64,000 nucleotides of DNA from Somniosus microcephalus (GCA_052327205.1 CM126207.1:79670001-79734000), one strand, 5' to 3'. Positions 37,020 to 51,474 are shown, counted from the stretch's first letter. Notes: generated from the letters alone by a model not told the origin. Numbers and translations: made by a program.

Positions 37020-37757
37020 GGCCTGAATTTTAATATTTTGGTGGGTAGGGAGCTGGCGGGGGAGGGGGTGCAGGGGGGTGGGCTCGGAAGTGATCTGGAA
37101 ACCCAGGGGAATGGGTTTCATGCAGACCCTGCTGAATTTAATGGCAGGGCCTGATTTGCATTGAAAACCTGTTTCCCAGCCGCAGCCAGCCAGATGGCTG
37201 GATGGCTGCGGGCAGGTAGGCATGCGGCGCTAGGCCACAGGGAGGGAGGGATCCTGTGCGGGTCAGGGGGTGGTTACGGGGGAGGGAGGGGGCCAGAGGA
37301 GGGGGGTGGGGGGGTCGAGCTCATCAGAGGAGTGGAGGGGTGGCGGGGTGGTCCGGTGCAGATCGGAGGGCTGGAGGAGTGGGTGGGTGGGGGGCATCGG
37401 GAGCTCATAGGGGAGTTGGAGGTAGATGACATTGGGGAGGCCGGAGGAGCGCGGGGGGGGGGAATCGGAGGCCTGGTGGAGGGGTCTCCGATCGTGGGGT
37501 GTGGGTTAGGCAGGGACACTTGATTCAGGAGCTAAGTGTTTCGGCGGGTTTCATGAGGCCTGGTGGTTAAATCTGAGGTGTGTCAGCCTCATTATAATAT
37601 TTAAATGAACGACCCACCTCCTTGGAGCGGGTTGGATGCCCCCCCCCATCCCGGCTGGTTGGAGGCGGGTTCTGGTTGGAATTCAGGTTTTTAACACTTT
37701 AACCTCCTACCCAACCCCAACCCATCTGTTTTTTGGGGTTTAAATTCCACCCCCCCC
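37020..37757. mobile_element. GC-rich MITE (reverse copy of the 6841-7777 family)
   Basis: Termini GGCCTGAATTTTAA / TTAAATTCCACCCC with ATT on both flanks; G-rich tandem core. Confidence 0.6.
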
Positions 37758-38185
37758 ATTTGACTCTTGATGGGGTATGGTTCCATGCTTGCTGGGTGCC
37801 CTCCAATACGTAGAAAAGGACCATAACAAGACTGTGCAGTCCATCTGGCCAATGCCAAAAACTCAATCGCCGACTCTCTCAAATATCTATCTGATTCTTT
37901 CTCAATTTTTTCCAACTATCTGTTTCCACTGATTTATCAGGCAGCCTGTTCCACATGTTCATGACCACCTATGTAAAGTAGTTAAATTTAAACTGTCTGT
38001 CCACCTTCCCTCTTCTAAGCTTGAGCCCATTTTCCTTGTTCTAGTCTTGATGGCAATCTCAAGGGATAAAGGTGAAGAAAGAAATAATTTGTTTTTACAC
38101 AGCTCCTTTCTTGTCCTCAGGACATCCCAAAGTGCTTTTCAAGCAATGGATTACTTTTCAAGTGCAGTTACTGTTATTATGTTAT

Positions 38186-38770
38186 CCATGCCGTTGTTAC
38201 CTCTAAACTTGACTATTCCAATGCACTCCTGGCTGGTCTCCCACATTCTACCCTACGTAAACTTGAAGTCATCCAAAACTCGGCTGTCCATGTCCTAACT
38301 TGCACCAAGTCCTGTTCACCCATCACCCCTGTGCTCGCTGACCTACATTGGCTCCCGGTTAAGCAATGCCTCGATTTCAAAATTCTCATCCTTATTTTCA
38401 AATCCTTCCATGGCCTTGCCCCTCCCTATCTCTTTAATCTCCTCCAGCCCCACAACCCCCCGAGATATCTGCACTCCTCTAATTCTGCCCTCTTGAGCAT
38501 CCCTGATTATAATCGCTCAACCATTGGTGGCCGTGCCTTCTGTTGCCTAAGCCCTAAGCTCTGGAATTCCCTGCCTAAACCTCTCTGCCTCTCTACCTCT
38601 CTTTCTTCCTTTAAGACGCTCTTTAAAACCTACCTCTTTGACCAAGCTTTTGATCACCTGCCTTCATTTCTCCTTATGTGGCTCAGTGTCAAATTTTTTG
38701 TCTTATAATAATCCTGTGAAGCGCCTTGGGACGTTTTACTATGTTAAAGGCGCTATATAAATACAAGTTA
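38186..38770 (+). mobile_element. L2 LINE 3' fragment
   Basis: [14 protein letters not shown]..., [23 protein letters not shown]...GGRAF...PKLWNSLP...FKT.LF. Confidence 0.9.
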
Positions 38771-38789
38771 TGTGGGCAATTATTAAATA

Positions 38790-40207
38790 GGATTACATAG
38801 GATATACGGCACAGAAACAGGCCATTCGGCCCAACCAGTCCATGCTGGTGTTTATGCTCCACTCGAGCCTCCTCCTGTCTTTCCTCATCTGAATCTATCA
38901 GCATAACCCTCTATTCCCTTCTCCCTCATATGTTTGTCCAGCCTCCCCTTAAGTGCATCTATACTATTCGCTTCAACCACTCCCTGTGGTAGCGAGTTCC
39001 ACATTCTCACCACTCTTTGGGTAAAGAAGTTTCTTCTGAATTCCCTATTGGATTTCTTGGTGACTATCTTATATTGATGGCCTCTAGTTATACTCTTCCC
39101 CACAAGTGGAAACATTCTCTCTGTATCCATTCTATCAAAACCTTTCATAATTTTAGAGACCTCTATTAGGTCACCCCTCAGCCTTCTCTTTTCAAGAGAA
39201 AAGAGACCCAGCCTGTTCATCCTTTCCTGATATGTATACCCTCACATTTCTGGTATCATCCTTGTAAATCTTCTCTGCAACCTCTCCAGTGCCTCTATAT
39301 CCTTTTTATAATATGGCGACCAGAACTGCACGCAGTACTCCAAGTGTGGTCTAATCAAGGTTCGATACAGGTTTAGCATAGCTTCCTTACTTTTCAATTC
39401 TATACCTCTAGAAATAAACCATAGTGCTTGGTTTGCATTTTTAATGGCCTTGCTAACCTGTCGTCACAACTTTTAATGATTTGTGTATTTGTACTCCAAG
39501 ATCCCTTTGTTCCTATACCGCACCTAGACTCGCACCCTCCAAGTGATAAGTGACCTCCCTATTCTTCCTACCAAAATGTAATACCTCACATTTGTCTGTG
39601 TTGAACTTCATTTGCCAATTATTTGCCCATTCTTCAAGTTTATTAATGTCTTCCTGTAATTTGTTGCAGTCCTCCTCAGTATTGATTATCTCCCCCAATT
39701 TGGTATCATCCGCAAATTTAGAAATTGTGTTTTTGATTCCACAGTCTAAATCGTTAATATAAATTGTGAACAGTAGTGGTCCCAGCACTGATCCTTGTGG
39801 AACACCACTCCCCATCTTCTGCCACCGTGAATAGCTACCCTTTACTCCCACTCGCTGCTTTCTTTCTTGAAGCCAGCTAGCAATCCATTCTGTTACTTGT
39901 CCCCAACTCTGCATTCTCTGATCTTATTTATTATGGGGTACCTTCTCGAAGGCCTTTTGAAAATCTAGATAAATTACATCTACTGCATTACCATTGTCTA
40001 CTTTCTCTCTTACCTCTTCAAAATATTCAATAAGGTTGATCAAGCAAGATTTTCCCTTTTGAAATCCATGCTGACTATTCATTATTATACTTTTCGTTTC
40101 TAGATGTTCAGTCTCTCCTTTAGTAGGGATTCCATTATTTTTTCTACCACCGCGTTAAGCTGACTTTTAGTGATCCCTGGACATGTTCTATCCCCCTTCT
40201 TAAATAT
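38790..40207 (-). mobile_element. CR1 LINE 3' portion (RT domain)
   Basis: GVPQGSVLGPLLFTIYINDLD...SKFADDTKL; RRLRGDLIEV...FFTQRVVRMWNSLP. Confidence 0.93.
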
Positions 40208-40398
40208 AATTATGGAACGAATTTGCACATAGCAGGGTTCCACCAAAAGCAAATGAATGAATGATTATAAAATCTGTTTTTGGAGCTGGTGGTTAAGGGA
40301 GGAATGTTGGCCAGGACACTGGGAACTTTCTGTTGTTTGAATAGTGCCATGGTAGCTTTTACCTGAATAGGCAAATGGAGCATCCCAAGAAAGATGAC

Positions 40399-41227
40399 GG
40401 GCTGGATTTTCCTAAGCCCCTGGAGTCGGGTTGGAGGCGTGCGGGCGATAAAAATCGGAGATCCGGGGGTCCCGACCCCATCCCGCCTCCAACCCGCCTC
40501 CATGTCAATTTCATAGGAGTCGGGTTGCCGACAAGTGCTGGAACCCGACTCCCAGAGGCGGGAAGGGATTAAAGGCAATTAAACTGCCTGTTAACAGGTA
40601 GTTAACAGGTAGTTTTTTGCCTATTCGCGATTTTTATTGCTGGTTTGTGGGCTTCCCGACAGCTCCAAACCACGAAAAGTTTTCGAGGTGGGACGTGGGT
40701 CTGAGGTCTTGGAGGGGTCGAGATGCCCAGTGTTCAGGTGAGTGAGGGGTGCAGGAGTGCAAAGGTAAGTGTTTTGCAAGTGTTTAAAGTGTTTAAATAA
40801 GTTTAACTTACTTTTACTTACCTTTACAGGAGTCCTGCATTCCGGTGTCGGGAGTCGGCTGCAAGAACCACAGAAGCTCCGATTTAAAAAAAAAATCAGC
40901 TTCTTGGTTTCTGCAGCAAAATGATTTTAAAGTTATCCTGAGAAAGGACTGAGGCTGAATTAGCAGTTTTTCAGTGCTTGACAGCTTCAAATAGCTGTTA
41001 AACACTGATATTTCATCTGCCAAAAGCTTTTGACAGATGAAATGTCAATCTCTGACGTCACCTGTTGCCGGGTGGCCCTTAATTGGCCTGCTGAGCCCAC
41101 AGGGCGGGCTCAACAAGGTCAATCAGAGGAAAATCCAGTGGGTTGGCCACATCTCCATGGAGGCGGGACAACAAGCCCGAATGTGGGTTTCCCACCTCCA
41201 ACCCGCCCCCATAGCAAAATCCAGCCC
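40399..41227. mobile_element. Harbinger-like MITE inserted in a minus-strand SINE (40208-41270)
   Basis: TIR GGGCTGGATTTT / AAAATCCAGCCC with 3-bp TSD GAC; the flanks rejoin as reverse SacSINE1-like sequence. Confidence 0.8.
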
Positions 41228-41270
41228 GACATCTTCAAAGCTATAGCATCTCCTCAGTACTACACTGAAT

Positions 41271-41827
41271 TGTTGAAGGATTGGGATTTGAACCAGTTGA
41301 ATGTTGCAGTCGAGCGACACAGCAGGACAACCTAGTTTCAGTCGAGACTAGTTTAAAAACACAATGGACTGAACGACAAAAGTGATTAAGCATGTGGAGA
41401 TATGAGAAGCTGCAATAACAAGGTTAGCCATGTCCAATCACGAGTCACTGATCGGCCAAAGCCACAATGAAGTAAGAAAGGACCCTGCTGTCCAGATAAC
41501 TGGACAAACTTAGATAAAAGACAGAACTAAAAGAAGGGGCTTAGCTAACGATGTAAAGTTATAATTAGGTTGTTTTTGAAGGAATATAATTGGGGAGGGG
41601 GGCGGCTGTTGCCACGAAGCCAGACTGGCCAAGGAATAAGTAATGTAATCAAGGCTATCGATGTGCTCCAGTCTTGTACTGTATATAAGCTTGTGAATTT
41701 TGTTGATCGGGGAGAAGGTGCTCGCACAGACCGCGGGGTCTGAGACGCTTCTCCCAGAGCTCTGTTTTCAATAAACTGCACCTTTTACTTTACCACAGAT
41801 TAGATGTGAATTTATTTTCACCCAACA
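41271..41827 (+). mobile_element. Probable solo LTR (~557 bp)
   Basis: TGTTG...CAACA termini, TATATAAG (~41682) and AATAAA (~41770). It interrupts SINE sequence, but only a 3-nt AAT flank duplication is visible. Confidence 0.6.
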
Positions 41828-41884
41828 AATGTCATGGTTCAATTTATCTGTTTGCTTAGGGATCTTGAAGACTTCAGTGATATG

Positions 41885-42446
41885 AACATAAGAATTAGGT
41901 ATTTCAGCCTTTCGAGCCTGCTCCGCCATTCAATAAGATCATGGCTGATCTTCAACTTCAACTCCACTTTCTCACCCGATCCCCATATCCCTTGATTCCC
42001 CCTAGAGTCTAAAAATCTATCAATCTCTGTCTTGAATATACTCTTATGACTGAGCATTCATAGTCCTCTGGGGTAGAGAACTCCAAAGCTTCACAACCCT
42101 TTGAGAAATTCCTCCTCAGCTCTGTCCTAAATGGTAGACCTTTTATTCTGAGACTGTGACTCCTAGTTCTAGACGCCCCAGCCAGGAGAAACATCCTCCC
42201 AGCATCTACCCTGTCAAGCCCTGTAAATATTTTATATGTTTCAATGAGATCACCTCTCATTCTTCTAAATTCTGGGGAATATAGGCCTAGTCTACTCAAT
42301 CTGCCCTCATAGGATAATCCCCCCAGCCCAGAAATCAGTCTGGTGAACCTTTGTTGCACTCCCTCTATGGCAAGTATATCCTTGCTTGGGTAAGGAGACC
42401 AAAACTGTACAAAATACTCTAGGCGTGGTCTCACCAAGGCCCAATA
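41885..42446 (-). mobile_element. CR1 LINE 3' fragment
   Basis: ALVRPRLEYFVQFWSPY...RRMRGDLIETYKI plus CR1 3' tail. Confidence 0.9.
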
Positions 42447-42844
42447 TCTCACCTGAGCCGTTGCTTCCTCAGAGTAAACAACCTAAGGCTCTTCAACCTC
42501 TACTCATATTTCAGAAGCCTTCAGCAGTTTGTTTGCCCTTTTATGCACTTTCTATACTGCACTGCCTCCAATGCCTGGATATTCTTGCTGCTGCACCACC
42601 TCCAATGCCTAGCTATCCTTGCTGTTGTACACAGTGCTGCAGGTCTAGCTCTACCAATGCCTTATACAAGACTTTTTATTACCCATAGGATTTGTGCTCT
42701 ATCCTTTTGCTATACATCCCAGGATCTGGTTAGCTTTCCTTGCTGCTGCACACTCTGATGCTGGAGGTTTCGGTGAGATATACTTAAGGGTTGACGGAAC
42801 AATATTGAAATTTGGTTATGAAACCAAATTTTGGCAAGTGAATG

Positions 42845-45800
42845 ATAGAATCATAGAATAGTTACAGCACAGAAGGAGGCCATTCAGCCCGTCGAGCCTG
42901 TGCTGGCTCTCTGCAAGAGCACTTCAGCTAATCCCACTGCCCCGCCCTTTCCCCGTAGCCCTGCAATTTTTTTTCCTTCAGGCACTTATCCAATATCATT
43001 TAGAAAGCCACGATTGAGTCTGCCTCCACCACCCTCTCAGGCAGGGCATTCCAGGTCCTAACCACTCGCTGTGTAAAAAAGTTTTTTTCATGTCGCCTTT
43101 GGTTCTTCTGCCAATCACCTTAAATCTGTGTCCTCTGGTTCTCAACCCTTCTGCTAATGGGAACAGATTCTCTCTATCTGCTCTGTCTAGACCCCTCATG
43201 ATTTTGAACACCTCTGTTAAATCTCCTCTCAACTTTCTCTGCTCTCAGGAGAACAACCCCAGCTTCTCTAGTCTATCCATATAACTGAAGTCCCTCATCC
43301 CTGGAATCATTCTCGTAAATCTTTTCTGCACCCTCTCTAAGGCCTTCACATCCTTCCTAAAGTTCGGTGCCCAGAATTGGGCACAAGTTGAGGCCGAACC
43401 AGTGCTTTATAAATGTTCATCATAACTTCCTTGCTTTTGTACTCTATGCTTATATTTATGAAGCCCAGGATCCCGTATTGATTTTTTAACCGTTTTCTCA
43501 ACCTGCCCTGCCACCTTCAACGATTTGTGCACATATACCCCCCAGGACTCTCTGTTCATGCACCCCCTTTAAGATTATACCCTTTAGCTTATATTGCCTC
43601 TCCTAATTCTTCCTACCAAAATGTATCACTTCATACTTTTCTGCGATAAATTTCATCTGCCACGTGTCTGCCCATTCAACCAGCCTAGTTCCTGAAGTCT
43701 ATCACTACCCTGCTCACTGTTCACTATACTTCCAAGTTTGTGTCATCTGCAAATTTTGAAATTGTGCCCTGTACACCCACATCCAAGTCGTTAATATAGA
43801 TCAAGAAAAGCAGTGGTCCTAGTACCAACCCCTGGGGAACACCACTGTATACCTTCCTCCAGTCTGAAAAACAACCGTTCACCACTACTCTCTGTTTCCT
43901 GTCACTTAGCCAATTTTGTATCCATGCTGCCACTGTCCCTTTTATTCCATGGGCTTCAACTTTGCTGGCAAGCCTATTATGTGGCACTTTATCAAATGTC
44001 TTTTGGAAATCCAAATACACCACATCAACCGCATTGCCTCATCAACCCTCTCTGTTACCTCATCAAAAAACTCAATTAAGTTGTTTAAACACGATTTGCC
44101 TTTAACAAATCTGTGCTGGCCTTCCTTAATTAATCCACACTTGTCCAAGTGACTGTTAACTTTGTCCCTGATTATCGTTTCTAAAAGCTTCCCCACTACC
44201 GAGATTAAACTGCCTGGCCTGTAGTTGCTGGGTTTATCCTTACACCCTTTTCTAAACAAGGGTGTAACATTTGCAATTCTCCAGTCCTCTGGCACCACCC
44301 CTGTATCTAACGAGGATTGGAAGATTATGGCCAGTATCTCCACAATTTCCTCCTTAACTTCCCTCAGCATCCGAGGATGCATCCCATCCGGTCCTAGTGA
44401 CCTATCATCTTTAAGTACAGCCAGCTTTTCTAGTACCTCCCTTTATCAATTTTTATCTCATCCAGTATCTGCACTACCCCCTCCTTTACTGTGACTTTGA
44501 CAGCATCTTCTTCCTTGGTGAAGACAGAGGCAAAGTACTCATTTAGTACCTCAGCCATGCCCTCTGCCTCGATGTGTAAGTCTCTTTTTTGGTCCCTAAT
44601 TGGCCCCACACCTCCTCTTACTACCCGTTTACTATTTATATGCCTATAGAAGACTTTTGAATTCCCTTTTACGTTAGCTGCCAATCTATTCTCATACTCT
44701 CTCTTTGTCCCTCTTATTTTCTTTTTCACTTCCCCTCTGAACTTTCTATTGTCAGCCTGATTCTCAGTTGTATTCGCAACCTGACATCTGTCATATGCCC
44801 CCTTTTTCTGCTTCATCTTACTCTCTATCTCTTTTGTCATCCAGGGAGCTCTGGCTTTAATTGCTCTACTTTTCTCCCTCATGGGAATGTACCTCGACTG
44901 TACCCAAACCATCTCCTTTTTAGAGGCAGCCCATTGTTCGATTACAGTTTTGCCTGCCAATCTTTGATTCCAATTTACCTGGGCCAGACCTGTTCTCAGC
45001 CCACTGAAATTTGCCTTCTGCCAATTAAATATTTTTACTCTAGATTGCTTCCTGTCCTTTTCCATAACTAATCTAAATCTTATGATACCTTGATCACTGT
45101 TCCCTAAATGTTCCTCTACTGACACTTACTCCACTTGACCCACCTCATTCCCCGGAACCAGATCCAGCAATGCCTCCTTCCTCGTTGGGCCAGAAACGTA
45201 CTGATCAAGAAAGTTCTCCTGAACACATTTCATAAATTCTTCCCCCTCTCTGTCCTTTACACTATTACTATCCCAGTCTATATTAGGTTAATTGAAGTCC
45301 CCCATTATCACTATATAATTCTTGCACCTCTCTATAATTTCCCTGCAAATTTGCTCCTCTATATCTTTCCCACTAGTCAGTGGCCTATAGAATACACCTA
45401 GTAGTGTAATGGCACCTTTATTATTTCTTAATTCTAACCAAATCGATTCTATCCTTGGCCCCTCCAGGACATCCTCTCTCTCCAGCCCTGTAACATTCTC
45501 CTTAACCAATACTGCCACCCCACCTTCTTTCTTTAATTCCTATCTTTCCTGAACACCTTATATTCATGAATATTTAAAACCCAATCCTGCCCTATTTTGA
45601 GCCAGGTCTCCGTTATTGCCACAACAGGAAACTCTCGATTTACCAGTACCTAAATAACCGGAAATCTCTGTTAACCGGCAAAATTCAGGAGTAGGTTCAG
45701 GTATGTTTTACTTCATATTAGTGGCAGTTCCTGGATCTGTGGCTGTGTAACTGGGGTTCCTGCACTTGTTGCTAAGCAACAGGGATGCTTGGTCTGTGGC

Positions 45801-47330
45801 CAGAGTTCCTGCACATGTTGTACGGAGCTCTCGTACCTTTTAACTATACCTCTCTGTAATCCGGACTTTTTGATGAACCGGCACCACGCCGGTCCTGTCG
45901 GTGCCAGATAATAAAGAGTTTCCTGTATTCCCATGTGGCTATTTGCGCCTGCAGCGCACCAACCTTATTTACCACGCTTCATGCATGTGCACTCTAAACC
46001 TACCTTAGACCTTCTTGTATTTTCTCTGAGTTTGACCACACCTAATACCTTACTATTTCTTACTCTAGTGCTATCTGTCTCTCCCAATCCTTTGTGCACT
46101 TTGTTTCTCCTTTCTAATATTACATCCTGTTGCCCATCTTCCTGCCAAATTAGATTAAACCCTCCCCAAAGCACAAGCAATCCCCTCCCTGCCACCGCAC
46201 CCCCCACTCCCCCGCCACCGCGAGGACATTGGTTCCGGCTCTGTTGCGGTGCAACCCATCCGGCCTGTACAGGTCCTACCTCCCCCAGAACCAGTCCCAA
46301 TGTCCCAGGAATCTGAAGCCCTTTCTCCTGCACCATCTCTCCAGCCACGCATCTGCTCTATCCTCCTATTTCTATACTCACTTTCCTAGTTCCCTACAAT
46401 TTGCCTGCAGGATCTCATCCCTCCTTCAACCTATGTCGTTGGTACCAATATACGACTTCTGGCTGTTCGCCCTCCCACCTCAGAATGTTCTGCAGCTGCT
46501 CAGTGACATCCTTGACCCTGGCACCAGGGAGGCAACATACCATCCTGGAATCACGTTTGCAGCCGCAGAAACGCCTGTCTGTTCCCCTAACTATTGAAAA
46601 CGCTACCACTTTTGCTTTCCCCCTCTTCCTCCTCTTCCCCTCTACAGCTGAGCCACTCGTGGTGCCATGGACTTGGCTCTGGCTGTACTCCCCAGAGAAA
46701 CCTTTGCCCTCACCAGTGAATACCGGTTGGAGAGCGAGATGCACGCAGGGGACTCCTGCACTACCTGCCTGGTCCTCCTTATCTGTCTGGCGGTCACCCA
46801 TTTCCTCTCTGCCTGCACACCCTTACACGGCAGGGTGACCACCTCCTGATACATGCTATCCACGTAGCTCTCAGCCTCACAGATGCACCACAGTGATGCC
46901 AGCTGCTGCTCAAGCTCCAAAACCTGGAGCTTGAGCTCCTCCAGCTGATGTCAGTTCCTGCACACATGGTTGTCCAGGACACTGGAAGCATCCTGGAGTT
47001 CCCACATGGCACAGTATGTGCATTCCATGGGATTGCGGTGCACTGCCATGCCTCTACTTAATAGATTATTAACTAACTTAACAGAAATGAACTCAAGACT
47101 TAAAAAAGAACAATCACCAGCTACTCACCAATTTGTTTTTTTTCGCTTCAGCTCCTTTGTGCTAATGTCACTTACCTCGCTCCCTGATGTTTGCTCTCAC
47201 TCCGGGTTTTCGGACCTACCTTTATCTCCAACTGCTCCTCTCGCTCGCTCCTCCTTCCCCCTCTGCTCCGACTTCCCACTCTCTCCAAATTCCCAATTTA
47301 ACACTCTGTCTAGGATCACACTGTGCAGCC
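42845..47330 (-). mobile_element. Near full-length decayed CR1 LINE (ORF1 with Zn/leucine-zipper and SGNH esterase; ORF2 APE + RT)
   Basis: ORF1 pieces (CTYCAMWE..., LELEQQL, SIVRGTDRRFC...VCCLPGARVKDV) at 45950-47050; endonuclease (GVFYRP, IMGDFN, EHLGNSD) at 44430-45600; RT ([22 protein letters not shown]) at 43700-44380; 3' tail at 42845. Confidence 0.93.
45625..45925. mobile_element. Tc1/mariner-pogo (Tigger-like) MITE inserted in the CR1
   Basis: TIR CAGGAAACTCT / AGAGTTTCCTG with TA at the right flank; homologous to 47845-48170. Confidence 0.85.
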
Positions 47331-47844
47331 CACTCTAATAATGACAAATTGTGATGAAGGTTCTCAAAGACTGTAGATAGGATGGGCAGATATGTGACAG
47401 ATGCAGATCAACAAGAATGGGGAAAGAAAAAGCACTTTAAATAAGATTTTAAATGAAGTAGAGGAGTAGACAGTCCTTGGTGTGTTTTGAAGCTTTACAT
47501 TTAAAAGGATATGAAAAATGGTAGGGGAATGGGACTAACAGAGTAAATACATACAGCTTTCCCCTTCCCTGTTGTAGACAATTTGTTGACTTCCTAAATG
47601 TGGATGCTGTAAACATTGTTTTTACAGTGTCAAATGTACAAATACCAATGCATTATTTTGTCACATTTTAACTTTATCCTGTGCGCAAAGCAAATGCCAG
47701 GAATCAATCTCAAAAATTACAACTTTCAATTTTATCGAAGAATGTTGATATTGCTAATAATCAGTCTTGGATATAACATGCCATTTTTCTAATGTGGTTT
47801 TGGCTGGCTCCTACACACTTGTAATGAGCACTGCAATACAACTA

Positions 47845-48170
47845 CAGGAAACTCTTGATTTACCGGCACTGGAAATCTCTGTTAACCGGCAAAATTCAGG
47901 AGTAGGTTCAGGTAAGTTTTACTTCATATTAGTGGCCATTCCTGGACCTGTGGCTGTGTAATCGGGGTTTCTGCACTTGTTGCTAAGCAACAGGGATACT
48001 TGGTCTGTGGCCGGGGTTCCTGCAGCTGTTGCTAAGCAACAGGGAAGCCTGGATTTGTTGCTGTGTACGGAGCTCTCGTAGCTTTTAACTATACCTCGCT
48101 GTAATCCAGACTTTTTGATAAACCGGCACCACGCCAGTCCCGTCGGTGCCGGATAAAAAAGAGTTTCCTG
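47845..48170. mobile_element. Tc1/mariner-pogo (Tigger-like) MITE
   Basis: TIR CAGGAAACTCTTGATTTACCGGCAC / GTGCCGGATAAAAAAGAGTTTCCTG, TA TSD on both sides. Confidence 0.9.
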
Positions 48171-48954
48171 TACATTAAACAACATTAAGCTTCTTATGTA
48201 TCAACTACTGTATATTTAAATTCATAAGTTGTGCAAACTTACAAATGAATTTGTGCATATTTTTCAAATTTTTATTTATCTGTATACCTAGTTTGTTGTC
48301 CATTGTTTAATCAGTGGATTGCTAAATATTAAAAATGCTGTTACATTGGGGAGTTTCTCAGCAAGATGTTACTGGAAGGATAGACTATTCTGATGACTCA
48401 GTTTAAATGGGAAAATTTGCATTGCCGTACACGCTATAATCGGCGGCATCATTAATGATTGTTATTTCATATTTTAATGTTAGATTTTGTTTACATATTT
48501 AACTATTTACAAGCCTGACAGTGTGAGTGTAGCAAGCAAAACTGCTTCCCAAACCCTTCTTCCTGTGTTGTATAATAGAAAAAATATTTTCGCAGTTTTC
48601 AAATTTTAATTCCTTTGTGATGTAAAGTAGTGCTCTGACTGTAACAGCCCTATAATCAGTCTCTCATCTGTACTGAGATCTGTAATGAAGCACCAATGTA
48701 CAATGGAGCTTAATTTAATTCTACAGTATCTCAAATCAAATAGTACTGATGTGCCTTTACACTTTCAGTCACATACTGACATGGAGCAACTAATGCTCTA
48801 CATGAAGCAGACACTTGTTTTTAGTGAGTTAAAAGGAGACAGTGTTCTGTAGGTCAGTTGAGATGAAAAGGTCTGCTTAGCAAAGACAGCTATAATCACA
48901 CTTTTCAATGCACAATCCAATTTCCTTTTAACTATTTAACAAAATCATAAATGG

Positions 48955-49290
48955 TTTTAATAGAGTAAATGATGAGAAACTGTTTCCTGTGGCAGAAGGG
49001 TCTGTAATCAGAGGACACATTTTTAAGGTGCTAGGCAAAAGAACTAGAGGTGATATGAAGACTTTTTTTTACACAGTTAGTTGTTATGATCTGGAATGCA
49101 CTGCCTGAAAGGGTGGTGGAAGCAGATTCAATAGTAACTGTCAAAATGGAATTGGATAAATACTTGAAAGAAATTTCTTGACAGAGCCGGGGAGTGGGAT
49201 TAATTGGATAGCTCTTTCAAAGAGCTGGCACACGGCACAGACGATGGGTCAAATGGCCGCGTTCTGTGCTCTATCATTCTATGATTCTAT
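48955..49290 (+). mobile_element. CR1 LINE 3' end fragment
   Basis: Homologous to the 3' end of the CR1 at 42845-43230; ends in ATTCTATGATTCTAT. Confidence 0.85.
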
Positions 49291-49904
49291 AACAGTCACT
49301 GCATGCCAAAATAACTCACTATGTGATGTACTTTGAGATGACAATGTGCTATATAAAGTATTATTTTCTTTAAAAGCTGGGTGTGACTATATTCAATGAA
49401 GACTAGTATAAGTTTATAGATAACTATTAAACAGTGAAAACAATCTGGTACATTAGAGAGGGAAAAAAAACTGCTGTACTTTCTGATACAGTCTCTTTTC
49501 CCCTGAACTTGAAAGATCACAGATTGTTGGAATGAAAGCCTCTTCTCACTGCTACCTGTACTACTGTCTTTATATTGTAAAGATGTTTCTACTGTCACAA
49601 GTGGAAAAATGCACACTAGTGCAGTGGAATAAATATTTCAAAGTTAGGTATGGAGCACAATGTTTAGGACAAACTAGATAGAATTGCATTGTGCTGAAAT
49701 GTCTTCTATTGATGCTGGGCTATCAAGATGGTAAAAGATGTTCCATTCCAGCCCTAACAGCCTTTGAGCACAAAAATGCATCAACATTTTTTTTTAAATG
49801 ATGTAATTAACTACACAATTAGCCAGCAGATATTTTTTGAAGACGTGGCATCTTCCTGTGATTTTATAATCTTGCTTTCAGGCCCTCCCACTTGACTTCT
49901 AAGG

Positions 49905-50415
49905 AAAGACATACTTGCAACGAAGGTTCACCAGACTGGTTCCTGGGATGGGGGGATTGCCCTATGAGGAGAGATTGAGTAGACTAGGCCTATATTCCCT
50001 AGAGTTTAGAAGAATGAGAGGTGATCTCATTGAAACATATAAAATTCTTAAGGGGCTTGACAGGGTTAATGCTGAGAAAAATGTTCTCCTTGCTGGGGAA
50101 TCTAGAACACGGGGTCACAGTCTCAGAATAAGGGGTCGGCCATCTAGGCTTGAGATGAGGTGAGAAATTTCTTCACTCAAAGGGTTATGAATCTTTGGAA
50201 TTCGCTACCCCAGAGGACTGTGGAGGCTCAGTCATTGAGTATATTCAAGACAGAGGCCGATAAATTTTTGGGAACTAAGGGAATTAAGGGATCTGGGGCT
50301 AGTGCAGGAAGGTGGAGTTGGGGTAGAAGATCAGCCATGATCTTGTTGAATGGTGGAGCAGGCTCAAAGGGCCAAATGGCCTACTCCAGCTCCTATTTAT
50401 TATGTACTTATGTTC
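49905..50415 (+). mobile_element. CR1 LINE 3' fragment
   Basis: QRRFTRLVPGMGGLPYEERLSRLGLYSLEFRRMRGDLIETYK; FFTQRVMNLWNSLP. Confidence 0.9.
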
Positions 50416-51474
50416 TGCTTGAAGCTGTAATTAGCAGCCCCCCTTGGCACCACAGTTTTATTGGTATCTGTTAACTATTTAATTTTGCAATTCAAAATCA
50501 AAGCTATTGTATATGAAACAGATGCCATGAAGGGCGTTCTTTGAGGCCTCTTGATATTCCTAAAGCATTGGAGTTGTGCTATTTATAACATTATCTGAAA
50601 AGCACTTGATTGTGTTGCTGGCTCACAACTTTCTCCAACTGCTTGATTACAGATTAATTGCTTAGATATGTGAAAGGTTGCTTAATTGAATACATAAACT
50701 CATGCAGCATAGATATTTCTATGTGCTCGTGTTATTTCGACAAATGTATGGTACAAAAATCATATAGTATTTCTGAATAAATGCATAATGGATCCAAAAT
50801 GATTGCATAACTTTAAGTTTTCAATGGCCCATGATCCAAATTTTAATAACTATATTTCCATTTATCTCTAAAATATTACAACAAACATTTTCTTTACATA
50901 AAAATATAAATTGTGACATTTTCTCTACAAGGTAGAAATGCATAATAAATGAAAAAAAGGCACTGTTTTAGCATATATGAACATATCGATGTGCTATTTA
51001 AAATCTTGCATAGGGTACACCTTCCTGTGCACCAACCTTGCTCCCTGTTGTCACAACTTTTTGGTCATGCTTTTGTCTCAGTGTTTACCATTGTAAATTT
51101 CTATGTTAATATTTCACATTCAATTTTGCTATGTAGTTGCACGGTCTGGCCACTAGGTGGCTCTATAGAGAGATTCTGAAGTGTCTCTCCAAACTTCATC
51201 TCCATCTTATATATAAAAGAAAACTTATATTCATCAGTTGACCGTGGGCAATACTGAGACAATTTACTTGAGATAATATATTTTAATAAATATTTCTGTA
51301 AAAATTCAGCACGGATCAATGTTAAAATCACAAATTTTAAAGGAAAATCATTAGTAGAAGAATATAAATTTATTTAAGATAGCTATATATTCTCAGTAAA
51401 AATAGTTTTAAAAAATTGACTTTCCTTTTTCATGTTAATGAACTTTCTGGCCTAGTTTCCTGATAAGATATAAT

